A stretch of DNA of 64,000 nt from Fimbriiglobus sp. (lineage in GTDB: Bacteria > Planctomycetota > Planctomycetia > Gemmatales > Gemmataceae): NCBI GenBank assembly GCA_025459365.1, contig JALOQR010000001.1:11-64010 (forward strand). The letters are read 5' to 3'. The notes under the pieces were generated by a model, which had not been told where the DNA came from, searched no databases, and saw only the letters and a program-made list of their open reading frames with translations. Below, piece by piece: positions 63,981 through 64,000 of this stretch. The translations under genes were made by a program, and so were the position numbers. Positions within the stretch are counted from its first letter, which is position 1, and the number at the start of each line of letters is the position of its first letter.

Positions 63981-64000
63981 GGCCGTGGCCACGGTAGCCT

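Overview
High-GC segment (about two-thirds G+C by eye). Its gene content points to a Planctomycetota chromosome, probably Gemmataceae-like. Supporting genes: a DUF1559 prepilin-like protein with a DG-type C-terminal motif, DUF1501, DUF1573, PQQ-like beta-propellers, a divergent ECF sigma / Ser-Thr kinase-WD40 pair, and an LExLExRxxPA N-terminal motif. I support about 45 protein-coding genes. By eye I found no rRNA, tRNA, CRISPR array, transposase or integrase. The left 11 kb holds small housekeeping and miscellaneous genes (FHA protein, PHP phosphoesterase, nusB, XRE regulator, GH3-family ligase, RsmC-like methyltransferase, GNAT). Positions 11.0-30.7 kb (minus strand) form a complete respiratory supercluster of known type: alternative complex III (actABCDEF), a caa3-type cytochrome c oxidase (subunits II, I, III, IV), a dihaem cytochrome c, haem O/A synthases and two SCO copper chaperones. 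The most unusual locus is 43.9-61.4 kb. It contains a 2098-aa secretin with about 12-13 tandem N-domain modules, seven of them split by glycine-rich FG/GLGG/GGW low-complexity inserts. No secretion ATPase, inner-membrane platform or pilin operon lies anywhere in the window. The secretin is flanked by a hybrid histidine kinase, a proline-rich lipoprotein, and a divergent operon of surface-type proteins that lack classical signal peptides. Intergenic DNA carries at least three dispersed or tandem repeat families plus several unusually long perfect hairpins. Every family assignment comes from motif recognition by eye; no HMM or BLAST search was run.
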